Positions 31,944 through 45,806 of a stretch of 64,000 nucleotides of DNA are shown piece after piece. The notes under the pieces were generated by a model. The model was not told where the DNA came from. It did not search any database and saw only the letters and a program-made list of their open reading frames with translations. Origin of the DNA: an uncultured delta proteobacterium (GTDB lineage: Bacteria > Myxococcota > Myxococcia > Myxococcales > Anaeromyxobacteraceae). The position numbers were made by a program, and so were the translations under genes. The stretch spans positions 1 through 64,000 of the forward strand of contig CAVYBH010000007.1 of assembly GCA_963766715.1 (NCBI GenBank), read 5' to 3'. Positions within the stretch are counted from its first letter, which is position 1. Each line of letters opens with the position of its first letter.

Positions 31944-32306
31944 CTACTGCGCGCCGCTGCTGCTCCCACCCGGCTCGGGCGTGCTGGACCCCGCGGCGGC
32001 CGCCGCTGCTGCCGCGGCCTCTTCTTCCTCGGCGTGGTTCACGCGGTCGCGGAGTTCCTTGCCCGTCCGGAAGAGGATGCCTCGCTTGGGACGGACCGGG
32101 ATCACCTCGCCGGTCTTGGGATTGCGCCCCTGGTAGCCCTCGTAGTGCTTGACGTGGAACGCGCCAAGTCCGCGGATTTCGATGTTCTCACCCTTGCAGA
32201 GGGCGTCCTTCATCGACTCGAAGATGGTCTCGATGGTCAGCTCGGCTTGCTTCTGCGTGACGCCGCGCTTCACCACGAGGATGTTGATGAGGTCCGACTT
32301 CAGCAT
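31944..32306 (-). CDS. HU/IHF family DNA-binding protein (IHF beta-like)
   Basis: MLKSDLI..IEIRGLGAF..GRNPKTGE..FRTGKELRDRVN. Confidence 0.93.
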   Translation of the reverse strand: MLKSDLINILVVKRGVTQKQAELTIETIFESMKDALCKGENIEIRGLGAFHVKHYEGYQGRNPKTGEVIPVRPKRGILFRTGKELRDRVNHAEEEEAAAAAAAAAGSSTPEPGGSSSGAQ

Positions 32307-32386
32307 GGAGGTGCTCCGCATGTCCGATCGAGTCCCTTTGCGAAAACGGTGCGAAGCCTAGCCGAGCCGAGGAAATTCGGCAACCT

Positions 32387-33679
32387 TTATGAGGGGATGC
32401 GAGCCACCGACCCGCCCGCGACCCTGTCTCCGGTTCCCGCGCGGGCCGGCTTTCCCGGCCGCATGGCCTGGCAGAGGTCCTGGATGGTCGTCCCGGACAG
32501 GCGTTCGACCGCAGCCCCCTCCCCTTCCGCCAGCAGGATCGCGAGCTTGGCCGCCGTTGGCTCGATCGGCGCGCGCGGCGCGGGCCCGGCGATGACCCGG
32601 CGGACGTCCGCCATCGAGATCTGGTCGAGCGGGTGCGCCGGGGTGAGGCGGCCGTCGTCCGATTCCGCCAGGAATCCGGCCTCCTCCAGCACCGCGAGGA
32701 CGTCGCGAACGGGCTCGGCCGGCGCGTCGAGCCGGTCGGCCACCTCTCCGGCGTCGGGCGCCTGCGCCCCGTCCCACCAGGCGAGGGCGACCTCGACGAG
32801 CGCGCGCACGGCGAGCAGCTCCCGGCCCATGGCGTTGCCTTCTTCCTTCTCCATCAGGGCGCGGTGGTGCTGGAACACGAACGCCAGCCGCGCGCCGAAG
32901 AGGAAGATGGTCCAGGAGAGGTTGAGCCAGAGCAGGAAGACGAAGATGGCCGCGATCGAGCCGTACACCGCCTGGAACCGGAACAGGTGGGACGCCGCCC
33001 AGGCGTAGCCCGACTTCGCGAGCTCGAAGGCCACGGCCGCCACCACGCCGCCGCCCAGGGCCGGGAGGAATCGGACGCGCGTGGCGGGGAGCACGAGGTA
33101 GGCGGCGACGAAGAAGGCGAGGGTCAGCCCGGCGCCGGCCGCCTGCCCGAGGAGCCACGGCCCGCCCAGGCGGTCGTGCGCGTCGAGGGCGATGGCGATC
33201 GAGCCCGCCACGGCAATCGGGCCCAGCGTGAGCGCCGCCCAGTAGGTCAGCCAGCGCTGGAGCCGGGGGCGCCGGCGGCGCACCGACCAGATGTCGTTCA
33301 CCGCGTGCTCGATCTGGGCGAGCAGCATCACCGCGGAGACGAGCAGCAGGACGAAGCCGAGCAGGCCGGGCGTGGCGGCCGAGGGCCCGAACACGTACTC
33401 GTCGAGGTAGGCCGGGACCTTGTCCCGGGCGCCGACGGACAGGTTCGAGACCAGGAAGTCCTGGATGCGCTGCCGGACGCGGTCGAGGTCCGGGAACGAG
33501 CGGACCATCGAGACCGCGACCATCAACGCGGGCAGCAGCGAGAAGATCGAGATGTAGGTGAGGGCCATGGCCCGGAGCTTCAGGCCATCTCCCTTGAAGG
33601 CGGCGAGGCCGGCCCGGAGCGCGGCGAGTACGCGCCGTCCTCGGGACCCGGCCTCGGGCCGCTCGCCATCCGCAGCCAT
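32387..33679 (-). CDS. YihY/BrkB family membrane protein with C-terminal winged-helix domain
   Basis: RAMALTYISIFSLLP, IEHAVNDIW, YWAALTLGP, VYGSIAAIFVFLLW. Confidence 0.9.
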   Translation of the reverse strand: MAADGERPEAGSRGRRVLAALRAGLAAFKGDGLKLRAMALTYISIFSLLPALMVAVSMVRSFPDLDRVRQRIQDFLVSNLSVGARDKVPAYLDEYVFGPSAATPGLLGFVLLLVSAVMLLAQIEHAVNDIWSVRRRRPRLQRWLTYWAALTLGPIAVAGSIAIALDAHDRLGGPWLLGQAAGAGLTLAFFVAAYLVLPATRVRFLPALGGGVVAAVAFELAKSGYAWAASHLFRFQAVYGSIAAIFVFLLWLNLSWTIFLFGARLAFVFQHHRALMEKEEGNAMGRELLAVRALVEVALAWWDGAQAPDAGEVADRLDAPAEPVRDVLAVLEEAGFLAESDDGRLTPAHPLDQISMADVRRVIAGPAPRAPIEPTAAKLAILLAEGEGAAVERLSGTTIQDLCQAMRPGKPARAGTGDRVAGGSVARIPS

Positions 33680-33685
33680 GGCGGT

Positions 33686-36142
33686 CTAGGCGGGTTCCCC
33701 CGCGGGGGGTTTCGCCGATTCCTCGCGGGGCGCGTTCCCGCCGGCGTTCCCGCCGCCGCGGTCACCGCCACGTTCCGCCACCGCCACCGCCGCCGCCACC
33801 GCCGCCACCGCCGCCGCCGCCACCGCGACCGCCGCGATCACGCCGGCCGCGACCCTACGTGGCCCCCCGTCCCTGCCTTCGCGACCCGGATGTCCTTCGC
33901 GCCCCTCTCGAGGCTCCCGCCCCTCGCGTCCAGCCTCGCGAGCCTCGCCACCCTCGGCCCGCTCCTGGCGGCCGTAGATGTCGAACTGCTCCTGGTGGTA
34001 GCCGGACTGCGGCTTCACCTGGATGGTCTTGTTGAACCGGTCCATGAGGTACCGGAGCTCGTCCCTCTCGGCTCCCTGGACGATGCGGGCCACCTCGGGG
34101 TGGCAGTTCACGACCATCACCGGTTCGTGGAAGCTCGGCGCGTCGCGCCGGATCTCCCGGAAGATCTCGTAGGCCACGGTGACGCGGGAGCGGATGTGCC
34201 CCTTGCCGTCGCAGTAGCTGCAGGACTCGGTGGTCATGCGGGTGATCGACTCCCGCACGCGCTTGCGCGTCATCTCCACCAGTCCCAGCTCGGAGATCTT
34301 GAGGACGTTGGTCTTGGCCTTGTCGCGCCCCAGGGCGTCCTGCAGGGACTTGAAGACCTTGTCCCGGTTCTGGGGTTTGTCCATGTCGATGAAGTCGATG
34401 ATGATGATGCCGCCGATGTTGCGGAGCCGGAGCTGGTAGACGATCTCCTTGGCCGCCTCGACGTTGATCTTGGTGATGGTCTCCTCGAGGCTCTTCTTGC
34501 CGACGTAGCGCCCGGAGTTGACGTCGATGGCGGTGAGCGCCTCGGCCTGGTCGATGATGATGTAGCCGCCGCTCTTCAGCCAGACCTTGCGCTGGCCGGC
34601 GCGCTTCAGCTCCTGCTCGATGCCGTAGGCGTCGAACACCGGCTCCTGGCCGGCGTAGAGCTCGATCTGCGACTCGAGGTGCGGGGCCTGCTCGCGCGCG
34701 AAGCGCAGGATGCGCTCGTGCTCGTCGCGGTCGTCGATGACCAGCTTGGAGACGTCGGAGGTGAAGAGATCGCGGGTGGCGCGGAGGATGAGGTCGAGGT
34801 CCGGGTGCAGGAGCGCCGGCGCCCCCACCTTGTCCTTCGTGCGGATGATCTCGTTCCACACCTGGATGAGGAACCGGATGTCGGCCTCGAGCTTCTGTCC
34901 CTCCACGCCGTCGGCGACGGTGCGGACGATGAAGCCGGTGCCCTCCGGGCGCATGCGGTCCACCAGCTCGCGCAGCCGCCGGCGCTCCCCGTCCCGCTCG
35001 ATCCGCCGCGAGATGCCGACGTGATCGACGGTGGGCATGAACACCAGGTGCCGGCCCGGGATGGAGATGTGGCTCGTGATCCGGGCGCCCTTCGTCCCGA
35101 TGGGATCCTTGGCGACCTGGACGATCACCTCCTGCCCTTCCTTGAGCAGGTCCTGGATGTTCTTCTGCTCGCGGGGGCGCCGCTCCTCGTCGCGCCTGTG
35201 GCCGTTGCGGCCCCGGCGCCCGTCCCGATCGCCGCCGCGGTCGCCGCCGCGGTCGCGCCGCGCTCGCCGCCACGGCCCTGCTCACGGCCCTTGCGCTCCC
35301 GATCGGCGCGGGCCTCGCGGGGAGCGGCCTCGGGCCGGGCGACAATCTGACCCGACGCCGGCGCCGCGACCGGCTCGACCGCGACCGCCGCGATCTCTCC
35401 GGGCTCGACCACCTGGGTGAGCGGAATGGGTGCGGCCGCCTCGCCGGCTGCCGGCTCCAGCGCGGCCGGGGACGGGACCTCGAGCGGTCCGGGCTGGCCG
35501 AGCAGTGCGGCCTCGGTCACGTCCGGCGCGCCCGGCACGTCGATGGACGGCAGGGGCTCGGTCTCGACCGCGGCCGGCGTCGCAGCCTCGGCCACCGGGG
35601 CGGCCTCCGCGGCGGGGGAAGCGGCCGGCGTGGACTCCGCCGCGGCTCCCTCGACCGGTGCACTCTCCGTCGGTGCGCTTTCGACCGTGGCGCCCTCGAC
35701 CGTGGCGCCCTCGACCGGCGCCCTCGACCGTGGCGCCCTCGACGGGGGCGCCTTCGGCCGGAGCGGCCTCGCCGGAGGGGGCCACCGGCGCCACGTCGCC
35801 GGCCAGCGCCTTCACCTCCTGCTCCTCCGCCTCCTGCTCGGTGGGAACGTCGGGCACTTCCTCGGCGTGCTCGCCCTCGGTGAGCTCGAACTCCTCGGAG
35901 AAGTCCGGGTCGCCGGTGACGTCGCCGACGTAGAGGAACGCGGCCTTCTCGAGGCCGATGTCCACGAAGGCGGCCTGCATGCCCGGGAGGACCCGGACCA
36001 CGCGCCCCTTGTAGATGTTGCCGACGATCCCCTTCTCGCGCTTTCGCTCGAGGTAGTACTCGTGGATCGTGTTGTTCTCGACCAGGGCCACGCGCGTCTC
36101 CGCGCCAGCCGCGTTGATCACCAGGATGCTGTTGCCTGCCAT
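33686..36142 (-). CDS. Ribonuclease E/G family with large disordered insertion; multiple frameshifts
   Basis: GNIYKGRVVRVLPGMQAAFVDIG, QVAKDPIGTKGAR, IDVNSG, QLRLRNIGGIIIIDFIDM, CSYCDGKG. Confidence 0.93.
35651..35756 (-). repeat. 15-bp coding tandem repeat (VEGAT-like pentapeptide) inside the RNase E/G insertion
   Basis: Repeated tcgaccgtggcgccc units on the + strand; one unit is only 13 bp, which shifts the frame. Confidence 0.8.
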
Positions 36143-36330
36143 GTCGGACCTCGCATGCCGGGTCCAGACGCAGGGAGGGCGAGGCCCAGGAAGGGCCGCG
36201 AGCGCAGACGCCCCGGTGGAGCCGGAGGTCGCGGATCGCCTGTCGAGCCTGTGCTCAAGTTCGCATTCCCTGCGCCCGGTCGAGCCGCGGTGGTCGCGGC
36301 CCTCTCCCGAGCTCTCGAATTCGTTTCCTC

Positions 36331-38999
36331 TCAGGCGTCCGCGTAGCGCGGCAATCGCGGCTGGGAGCCGCCCGGCTTGTCGGCCGGCCGCGCGAAGCTG
36401 ACGCCTTCCTTCAGGACCTTGACTCCTCTGGGTGGCGTCCCGTCACCGAACACGGCTGCCAGCACCTCGGCTGGCTTGGCGCTTCCGGACGGGTCCGCCT
36501 TCAAGCTGAACGTGACGCCGCCGGTCCCTTCCATGGACAGGTGAGTCACCATCTCCTTCAAATCGATCTCCCTTGCCTTCGGTGCTGCAGATCTTTGGCT
36601 TCTCTTCTTCTCGCGGGCCTTGGGTGGGGCTTCTCTCAGCACCACCGATCGGTCCGCCGAATGAAAGTCGTCGATTCTCCGGGAGAGCGCCTCCGCGCTC
36701 CAACCCTCGGGGAATTGTACCCTGTAATGGACCGCGCGCACGGACTCGGACAGCGACGGGGCGCGCGCGTCAATCTCCCGGGCGTCCAGGAAGGTCAGTC
36801 CCTCCGGCAGCGCGGCGCCGAAGGCCACCCCCACCTGGGACGGGTCATGGAGACCCATCAGCTCCAAGTCCAGGAATTCCGCGGAACTGGCCACTCCGAC
36901 CGGGAGGGCCGGGCCGAACGAGACGCGCGGTTTCGGGTGATATCCCTGCGAGAAGGTGACCGGGAGACCGGCCCGGCGAACGGAGCGCAGGACGGCGTGC
37001 ATGACCTCCAGGTGTGACAGGGCGACCAGGCGCCCCTCCTTCGCGTACCGGATCCGGACGTGGGTCCGGACCGGCGTCTCGGGCGGACGCGGAGGAGGAG
37101 GCGGTGACTTCTCGTAGTCCTCGGGGAGGTAGACCCGGTTCTTCACCGCGTCGTAGTCGCAGGCGCCGCAGACGCTGCAGGGAGCCAGCACGCAGTCGGG
37201 GACCTCGGCCAGGTTGCGCGCCGCCGCGAGCTGCTTCTGTAGATACGTTTTTTCCACTCCGCAGTCGATCCGGTCCCAGGGGAGGACCTCGTCCATCCGG
37301 CGCCGCCGGTAGACGAACCACTCGAGGCCCGACGCCGTGCTCCTGCTCCATCCGGGCGAAGGCGGCCATCCACCTCGACTCGTCGAACCACTCCGACCAG
37401 CCGTCGAGCCGCTGCCCGTTCCGGAAGGCGTGGAGCACGGCCGCGCCGACCCGCCAATCGCCGAGCGCCAGCGCGCCCTCGATCGCGGCGGCCCGCGAGT
37501 CGTGCGGCTTGAAGGAGATGGCGCCGCTGCGTCCACCGAGCTCGGCCGAGATCAGCGCCTGCCGGCGCCGGGTCTCCTCCGGCGTGATCATCGGCTCCCA
37601 CTGGAACGGCGTGAACGGCTTGGGGACGAAGGTGCTGGCGCCCAGGTTGATGGCGACCGAGCCCTTCCCGGGCGGCAGGGCGCGCCGGGCGGCGGAGAGG
37701 GACCGCTTCGCCAGCTTCGCGATGGCCACGACGTCCTCGTCCCGCTCCTCGGGCAGCCCGATCATGAAGTAGAGCTTGAGGAGGGACCAGCCGTTCTTGA
37801 AGATCGACTCGACGGCGGTGAGGAGGTCCTCCTCCCGGTTGCCCTTGTTGATCACCGCGCGCATGCGTTCGGTGGCCGCCTCGGGAGCGAGCGTGAAGCC
37901 GGTCTTGCGGACGCGGGCAATCTTCTCGGCCAGCGCGTCGTTCATGGTCTCGGTGCGGAGCGACGGGAGCGAGAGGGACACCTTGTCCGACTCGTACCGG
38001 GAGAGGAAGTCGTCGAGCAGCGGATTCAGGCAGGCGTAGTCGCCGGAGGAGAGCGAGAGCAGCCCGACCTCCTCGTAGCCGGACGCCCGCAGCCCCTGCT
38101 CGGCCACGCGCAGGACGGTCGCCGGGCTGCGCTGCCGGGTGGGCCGCGTGATCATGCCCACCTGGCAGAAGCGGCACCCCCGCGTGCACCCCCGCTGCAG
38201 CTCGATGGGGAGGCGGTCGTGCACGGTCTGCATGAACGGGACGACCGGGCGCTCGTAGGCCGAGGTGGAGAGGGTGTCGATGTCGGCGACGACGCGCCGC
38301 ACCACCTTCTCGTAGCCGGGGAGCAAGGGCTCCATCGCCAGCAGCTCGCCGGTGGCGGCGTCGAAGCGAGGGCGGAAGAGCGACGGGACGTAGACGCCGG
38401 GCACCCGGGCGAGACGCGCGTGGAGGGCGTCGCGCTCCTCGCCCGCCGCGCGCCAGGCCAGCACGGCGTCGGCGATCTCGTGGACCACGTCCTCGCCGTC
38501 GCCCACCGCGAAGGCGTCGAAGAAGTCGGCCACCGGCTCGGGGTTGTAGGCGCAAGGACCGCCGCCCACCACGACCGGGTCGCGCCGCGATCGATCGCGG
38601 GAGAGGAGCGGGATGCCCGGAGAGGTCGAGCAGCGCGAGCGCGCTCGTGAAGGCGAGCTCCGACTGGAGGGTGATCCCGACCACGTCGAGGTCGCGCACC
38701 GGGGACCGGCTCTCCAGCGTGAAGAGCGGGTGCCCGTTGTCCCGGAGCATGCCCTCCATGTCCGGCCAGGGCAGGAAGACGCGCTCGCAGGCCACGTCCG
38801 CCCGGTCGTTCAGCGCGTGGTAGAGGAGGCGGAAGCCCAGGTTCGACATCCCGACCTCGTAGGTGTCGGGAAAGGCCAGCGCGAAGCGGAGGCGGACCTG
38901 GGCGGCGTCCTTGCGGATGCTGCCGAACTCGCAGCCCACGTAGCGGGACGGCTTCTGGGCCGCGAGGATGACCTCGTCGAGGGAGAGCGGTGTCGTCAT
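36331..38999 (-). CDS. B12-binding radical SAM protein (TIGR03960) fused to TIGR03936/DUF2344 domain; frameshifts near 38600 and 37330
   Basis: KPSRYVG, FPDTYEVGMSNLG, RGCTRGCRFCQ, LYFMIGLP, FVPKPFTPFQW; C-terminal SHLEVM..FSQGYHPKPRVSFGPALPVG. Confidence 0.9.
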
Positions 39000-39125
39000 G
39001 TCGCCGGGCGGCGGGTTCGAACCGCCGGTTGCCCGTGGTGGAGGCCGCGCCTGCGGTCTCCCGGGGTCCCCGGGACTAGCACGCTGCGGCGGCGCGGGGC
39101 AAGCGGCCGAGGCCCCGCTTCCGGG

Positions 39126-41518
<2,393 letters not shown>

Positions 41519-42029
41519 TCAGAAGACCGTGGGACCGTCCGACCTCGCGTCGACAGGTCGGGGCGCGGCACGAAGGAGTGCCCCAGGCCCTCGTAGAACT
41601 GGGTCCGGATGTTGTGGTTTCCGTCCCCGTCGATGTCGCAGTCTCCGACCACCATGAGCAACTCGGGGACGAGCGTGTCGAAGACGACGAAGTGGTAGCT
41701 GCAGTAGGTGGCGCCCTCGACGATCAGCGGCAGCTGGTTCCAGCCGGCTCCCCGTCTGGAGCCACGGCGCGCTTCGTGGTCCCCGGACTGTTGTCGGGGT
41801 TGTAGGCGCCCGCCAGGGCGCCCACCGGCCCGGACGCGTTGAGCGTCACGTCCTCCACGCCCTTGGCGATGGCGCGCATGATGCTGTCCCGCTCGGCGAT
41901 ACGGGCCCGCAGCGTCATGTTCTGGAACTCGGGAATGGCGATGGAGGCCAGGATCCCGATGATGGCCACGACAATCATGAGCTCGATGAGGGTGAAGCCT
42001 CGTGCGTTCCTGCGGTTCGTCTTCTTCAT
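41519..42029 (-). CDS. Type IV pilin-like protein (frameshifts near 41760 and probably 41545)
   Basis: MKKTNRRNARG/FTLIELMIVVAIIGILASIAIP class III signal; continuation GWNQLPLIVEGATYCSY..GDCDIDGDG. Confidence 0.85.
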
Positions 42030-43595
42030 GGTCTCGCTCCCTGCGTCGGCGCCTCGCCGCTCTTGTTCGACTCGGCCGGCTTGGCGCCCGCCGGTGACAC
42101 GACGAAGGTCCCGGGCATCACCTCCCGGACCTCGTTTCCCTTGGCTCGCTCCAGGTTCTTGAAGTTCTCGACCTCCTTGGGGTCGAGCTTCGCGCCGGCC
42201 GGGGCGACCACGATCTTGCCCTGGGGCACGACCGCTCCCACCGTTCCCGACGGCGCCCCGGTCACGGCCGGTGCAGCCGGCCGCGGGCGGTTCACGTATC
42301 GGTGCCCGTGGTAGGCGGCCGCGCCGGCGACGGCGAGGACGAGGACGATGATGAGTCCCCACGGCAGGCCGGAGCGCTCGTGCTCCCGGGCCGGCGCGGG
42401 GTGGACCATCCGCGTCACCGGAGCGGGCTCGGCCCGCTTCGCCTTGCGGCTGGTGGTGATCTCCTCCACCACGTCGGCCGGCAGCACCTGTTGCAGGGCC
42501 TCGGTCAGGTCGATGGCTTCCTTCACCAGGCCGTGCCGGACCATCTCCAGCGCCCGCAGCGCCTCGGGGCTGGCGTCGTCGCTCTCCGCCTTCAGCAGTC
42601 CGAGGACCTCGTCGATGCCCCCGAGGACCTGCTGGATGGCGGCCCGGTCGACCTGCGCTCCCTGGGCCGGAAGCGTGTCGAGCGCCGCGGCCACCTGCCA
42701 GCGCAGCCCGACGGCTCGCCGGACGGGAACGGGATCGAAGGGGAGCTTCTGGCCGAGCGTGGCGGCCTTCTCGGCGGTGGAGAGGCTGTTCACCACCTTC
42801 TCGGTGGTGGCGCGCAGGCGCTGCTCCGGCCACAGCCCGGAGAGCGCGGCGCGGACCACGGCCTGTCCGTCCACCGCGGAGAGCACGGTAGCGGGCCAGA
42901 CGGCGAGCGGCGCGGGCGGCGCGGACGGAGGCGGCGCGGACGGAGTCGACGCGGGCGGCGGCGAGCGCGGCGACGACCACCGGCGCATCGACGGCGCCCG
43001 CCTCGTCGAAGATGGCGTCGAAGGGGTCGGCGGGAAGGCGCGACGGCGGCGACGGGCCGCGACGGGGTGACCGCCGGGCGCGGCGAGGGAGTCATCACCG
43101 GACGTGGAGGCGGCGCGGACGGGGCCGGCGGAGTGGGAGACGGACGAACGGCGGCCCGGGCGGGCTGCGGCGTCAGGATGGGACCGGTCCGGCGCGGCGG
43201 GGGCGCGGGGGCGTCGCGCGCCGCGAGGACGCGTTGGGCGGCGTCGAGGATGGGCTGGACCTGGCCGCGCCACGCCACCACGGCGCTCGCCGACGCCGAG
43301 ATCTGGGCGATGTCGGCGGCGTGCTCCGGCGGCAGCGCCACCACCACGAGCAGGTCGGGTCCGATGGCGCCACGGAGCTCGGCGCAGAGCGACAGCCACT
43401 CGCGCCCCCCGTACTCGTAGACGAGCAGCCGCGCCCCGTCCTGGCAGAGCGCCGAGGCGAGGTGCGGCGAGTCGGCGACGCGTGGCGCGCCACCGAGACG
43501 ATCGGTGAACATCGGGAGCATGGCGTCGACGAACTCCGGGGAGCCGGCGACCACCGCCTCGTTGGGACCCAAACGACCTCCTTCCAGGACATCAT
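42026..43595 (-). CDS. Hypothetical membrane protein: receiver-like N-terminus, Pro-rich linker, helical domain, one TM; frameshifted
   Basis: Pieces in three frames; TM GLPWGLIIVLVLAVAGAAAY; ATGA overlap with the pilin. Confidence 0.6.
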
Positions 43596-43804
43596 AAGCC
43601 ACACGGGCCGTTCCACCTCGCGGCCGCCCGCACCGTGAACATGGCACAAGGTGTGTGCACGCATCTTCCCCCACATGCACCTCTACGCTCCAGGTGAAAT
43701 CCGTCCCCGGACGCGCTCGCGTCGCGCCTCCCGGCGCAGCCTCCGCACCGGGCCGCGCGGCGCGCGGCCGCCTCGCGGCGTGCCGACCCGCACCCCGCGC
43801 GAGG

Positions 43805-43833
43805 TTGACAGCGCGCCCGGCGGCCTTTAGCTT
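43805..43833 (+). promoter_or_regulatory. Sigma-70 promoter of rho
   Basis: TTGACA-N17-TAGCTT. Confidence 0.75.
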
Positions 43834-43934
43834 GACGGCCGGGTGGCGATTCCCGCTGCCCGCTTCCGCGAAACCGCGCCATCCTTCCTCCGGGCTCCTG
43901 CCCGCCGGCGCTCCCGTTCCGACCCATCCCGACC

Positions 43935-45248
43935 ATGCCCGCCTCCCCCTCCGCGCCCGCCGCCCCCACGTCCAGCCTCACCGACCTCAAGCACCGGAAG
44001 GTCGCGGAGCTCGCCCTCCTCGCCCGGGAGCTCGGCATCGAGGCCGCCGGGGCGATGAAGAAGCAGGACCTCATCTTCGCCATCCTCCAGGCCGAGTCGA
44101 AGAAGGCCGAGGAGAAGGAGGAGGAGATGGAGGTCGCCAGCGAGGGGACCATCGAGGTGCTGCCGGACGGCTTCGGGTTCCTGCGCAGCGCCGACTTCAG
44201 CTACCTCCCCGGTCCCGACGACATCTACGTGTCCCCCTCGCAGATCCGCCGCTTCAACCTGCGCACCGGGGACACGCTGCGCGGCACCGTCCGCCAGCCC
44301 AAGGAGGGCGAGCGGTACTTCGCGCTCCTCCGGGTCGACTCCATCAACGGCGAGCCGCCCGAGGAGGGGCAGAGCAAGGCCCTCTTCGACAACCTGACGC
44401 CGCTCTATCCCACCGAGCGGCTCCGCCTGGAGAGCGACCCCAACGAGATGACCACCCGGGTGGTGGACCTCTTCGCGCCCATCGGCAAGGGGCAGCGCTG
44501 CCTCATCGTCTCGCCGCCGCGGGCCGGCAAGACCGTGCTCCTGCAGAACATCGCCCACGCCATCACGCGCAACCACCCCGAGGTGACCCTCATCGTGCTG
44601 CTCATCGACGAGCGGCCCGAGGAGGTGACCGACATGGAGCGGACCGTGAAGGGCGAGGTGGTGGCCTCCACCTTCGACGAGCCCGCCACCCGCCACGTCC
44701 AGGTGGCGGAGATGGTCATCGAGAAGGCCCGCCGCCTGGTCGAGCACAAGAAGGACGTCGTGATCCTGCTCGACTCCATCACGCGCCTGGCCCGGGCCTA
44801 CAACTCCACGGTGCCCCCTTCCGGGAAGATCCTCTCCGGAGGCGTCGACGCCAACGCCCTCCACAAGCCGAAGCGCTTCTTCGGCGCCGCCCGCAACATC
44901 GAGGAGGGCGGCTCGCTCACCATCATCGGGACCGCGCTCGTCGACACCGGGAGCCGGATGGACGAGGTGATCTTCGAGGAGTTCAAGGGCACCGGGAACT
45001 CGGAGATCGTGCTCGACCGCCGGCTCATGGAGAAGCGGATCTTCCCCTGCATGGACCTCGCGAAGAGCGGGACGCGCAAGGAGGAGCTGCTCCTGCCCGC
45101 CGACTGGCTCTCCAAGATCTACATCCTCCGCCAGACCATCCTGAACGGGCTCGACAACGTCGAGGCCATGAAGTTCATGCTCGACAAGTTCCGCCAGGCC
45201 CGGACCCACGACGAGTTCTTCCAGATGATGGTCGGCGGAGGGAAGTGA
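43935..45248 (+). CDS. rho: Transcription termination factor Rho
   Basis: [54 protein letters not shown]. Confidence 0.98.
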   Translation: MPASPSAPAAPTSSLTDLKHRKVAELALLARELGIEAAGAMKKQDLIFAILQAESKKAEEKEEEMEVASEGTIEVLPDGFGFLRSADFSYLPGPDDIYVSPSQIRRFNLRTGDTLRGTVRQPKEGERYFALLRVDSINGEPPEEGQSKALFDNLTPLYPTERLRLESDPNEMTTRVVDLFAPIGKGQRCLIVSPPRAGKTVLLQNIAHAITRNHPEVTLIVLLIDERPEEVTDMERTVKGEVVASTFDEPATRHVQVAEMVIEKARRLVEHKKDVVILLDSITRLARAYNSTVPPSGKILSGGVDANALHKPKRFFGAARNIEEGGSLTIIGTALVDTGSRMDEVIFEEFKGTGNSEIVLDRRLMEKRIFPCMDLAKSGTRKEELLLPADWLSKIYILRQTILNGLDNVEAMKFMLDKFRQARTHDEFFQMMVGGGK

Positions 45249-45257
45249 CCGCCGTCC

Positions 45258-45286
45258 TTGACGAAACGGCCCGAAGCGACTAGATC
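45258..45286 (+). promoter_or_regulatory. Putative sigma-70 promoter of rpmE
   Basis: TTGACG-N17-TAGATC. Confidence 0.5.
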
Positions 45287-45349
45287 CCCCGTTCCCGCCC
45301 GGACCACCGCGCGATCCCGCGCGATGCAAGAGGCGACTGGAAGGAAGTC

Positions 45350-45729
45350 ATGAAGGAAGGCATCCACCCCGAGTACAAGTCGTCGAAGGTGCTCTGCGCC
45401 TGCGGCGCCGTCATCGAGACCCGCTCCACGCGCGGCGATTTCCACATCGAGATCTGCTCCTCCTGCCACCCGTTCTTCACGGGCAAGCAGAAGATCCTCG
45501 ACACCGCCGGCCGCATCGAGCGCTTCAAGAACCGCTACGCGGCCACCAACCCGCCGCCGCCGCGGACTCGAAGAAGGTCGCACCGCCTCCGCCCCCCGCA
45601 CCGGTCAAGGCCGCTGCCAAGGACGAGAACCGCGCCGCCAAGCGCGCCAAGGCCAACGCCGGCAAGCCGAAGCCCGCGCCGAAGCCGGAGGCCGAGGCCG
45701 CCCCGAAGACGGAGACGCCCGAGGCGTAG
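45350..45729 (+). CDS. rpmE: 50S ribosomal protein L31 (Zn-binding type) with Lys/Ala/Pro-rich tail; frameshift near 45552
   Basis: [32 protein letters not shown]; the shifted frame reads [54 protein letters not shown] ending at 45729. Confidence 0.93.
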
Positions 45730-45757
45730 GCCAGCTTCCCGGACGTCCGGCACGAAG

Positions 45758-45791
45758 AAGGCGAGCCCCGAGGGGCTCGCCTTTCTCGTTT
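45758..45791. terminator. Intrinsic terminator, probably bidirectional
   Basis: AAGGCGAGCCCC-GA-GGGGCTCGCCTT hairpin with T-rich tail, between convergent genes. Confidence 0.8.
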
Positions 45792-45806
45792 CCGGGCCGG
45801 GATGAC

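Noticed and set aside
33770..33835. (CCG/CCA)n microsatellite as a contingency locus
   Set aside because: A mixed-codon poly-Gly tract in the RNase E/G tail; a triplet unit would not switch phase.
35651..35756. Short direct repeats as a possible CRISPR array
   Set aside because: Contiguous 15-bp units with no spacers, inside a coding region, and no cas genes nearby.
43642..43660. TGGCAC as a sigma-54 promoter upstream of rho
   Set aside because: No GC at the required -12 spacing, and a good sigma-70 promoter lies closer to rho.
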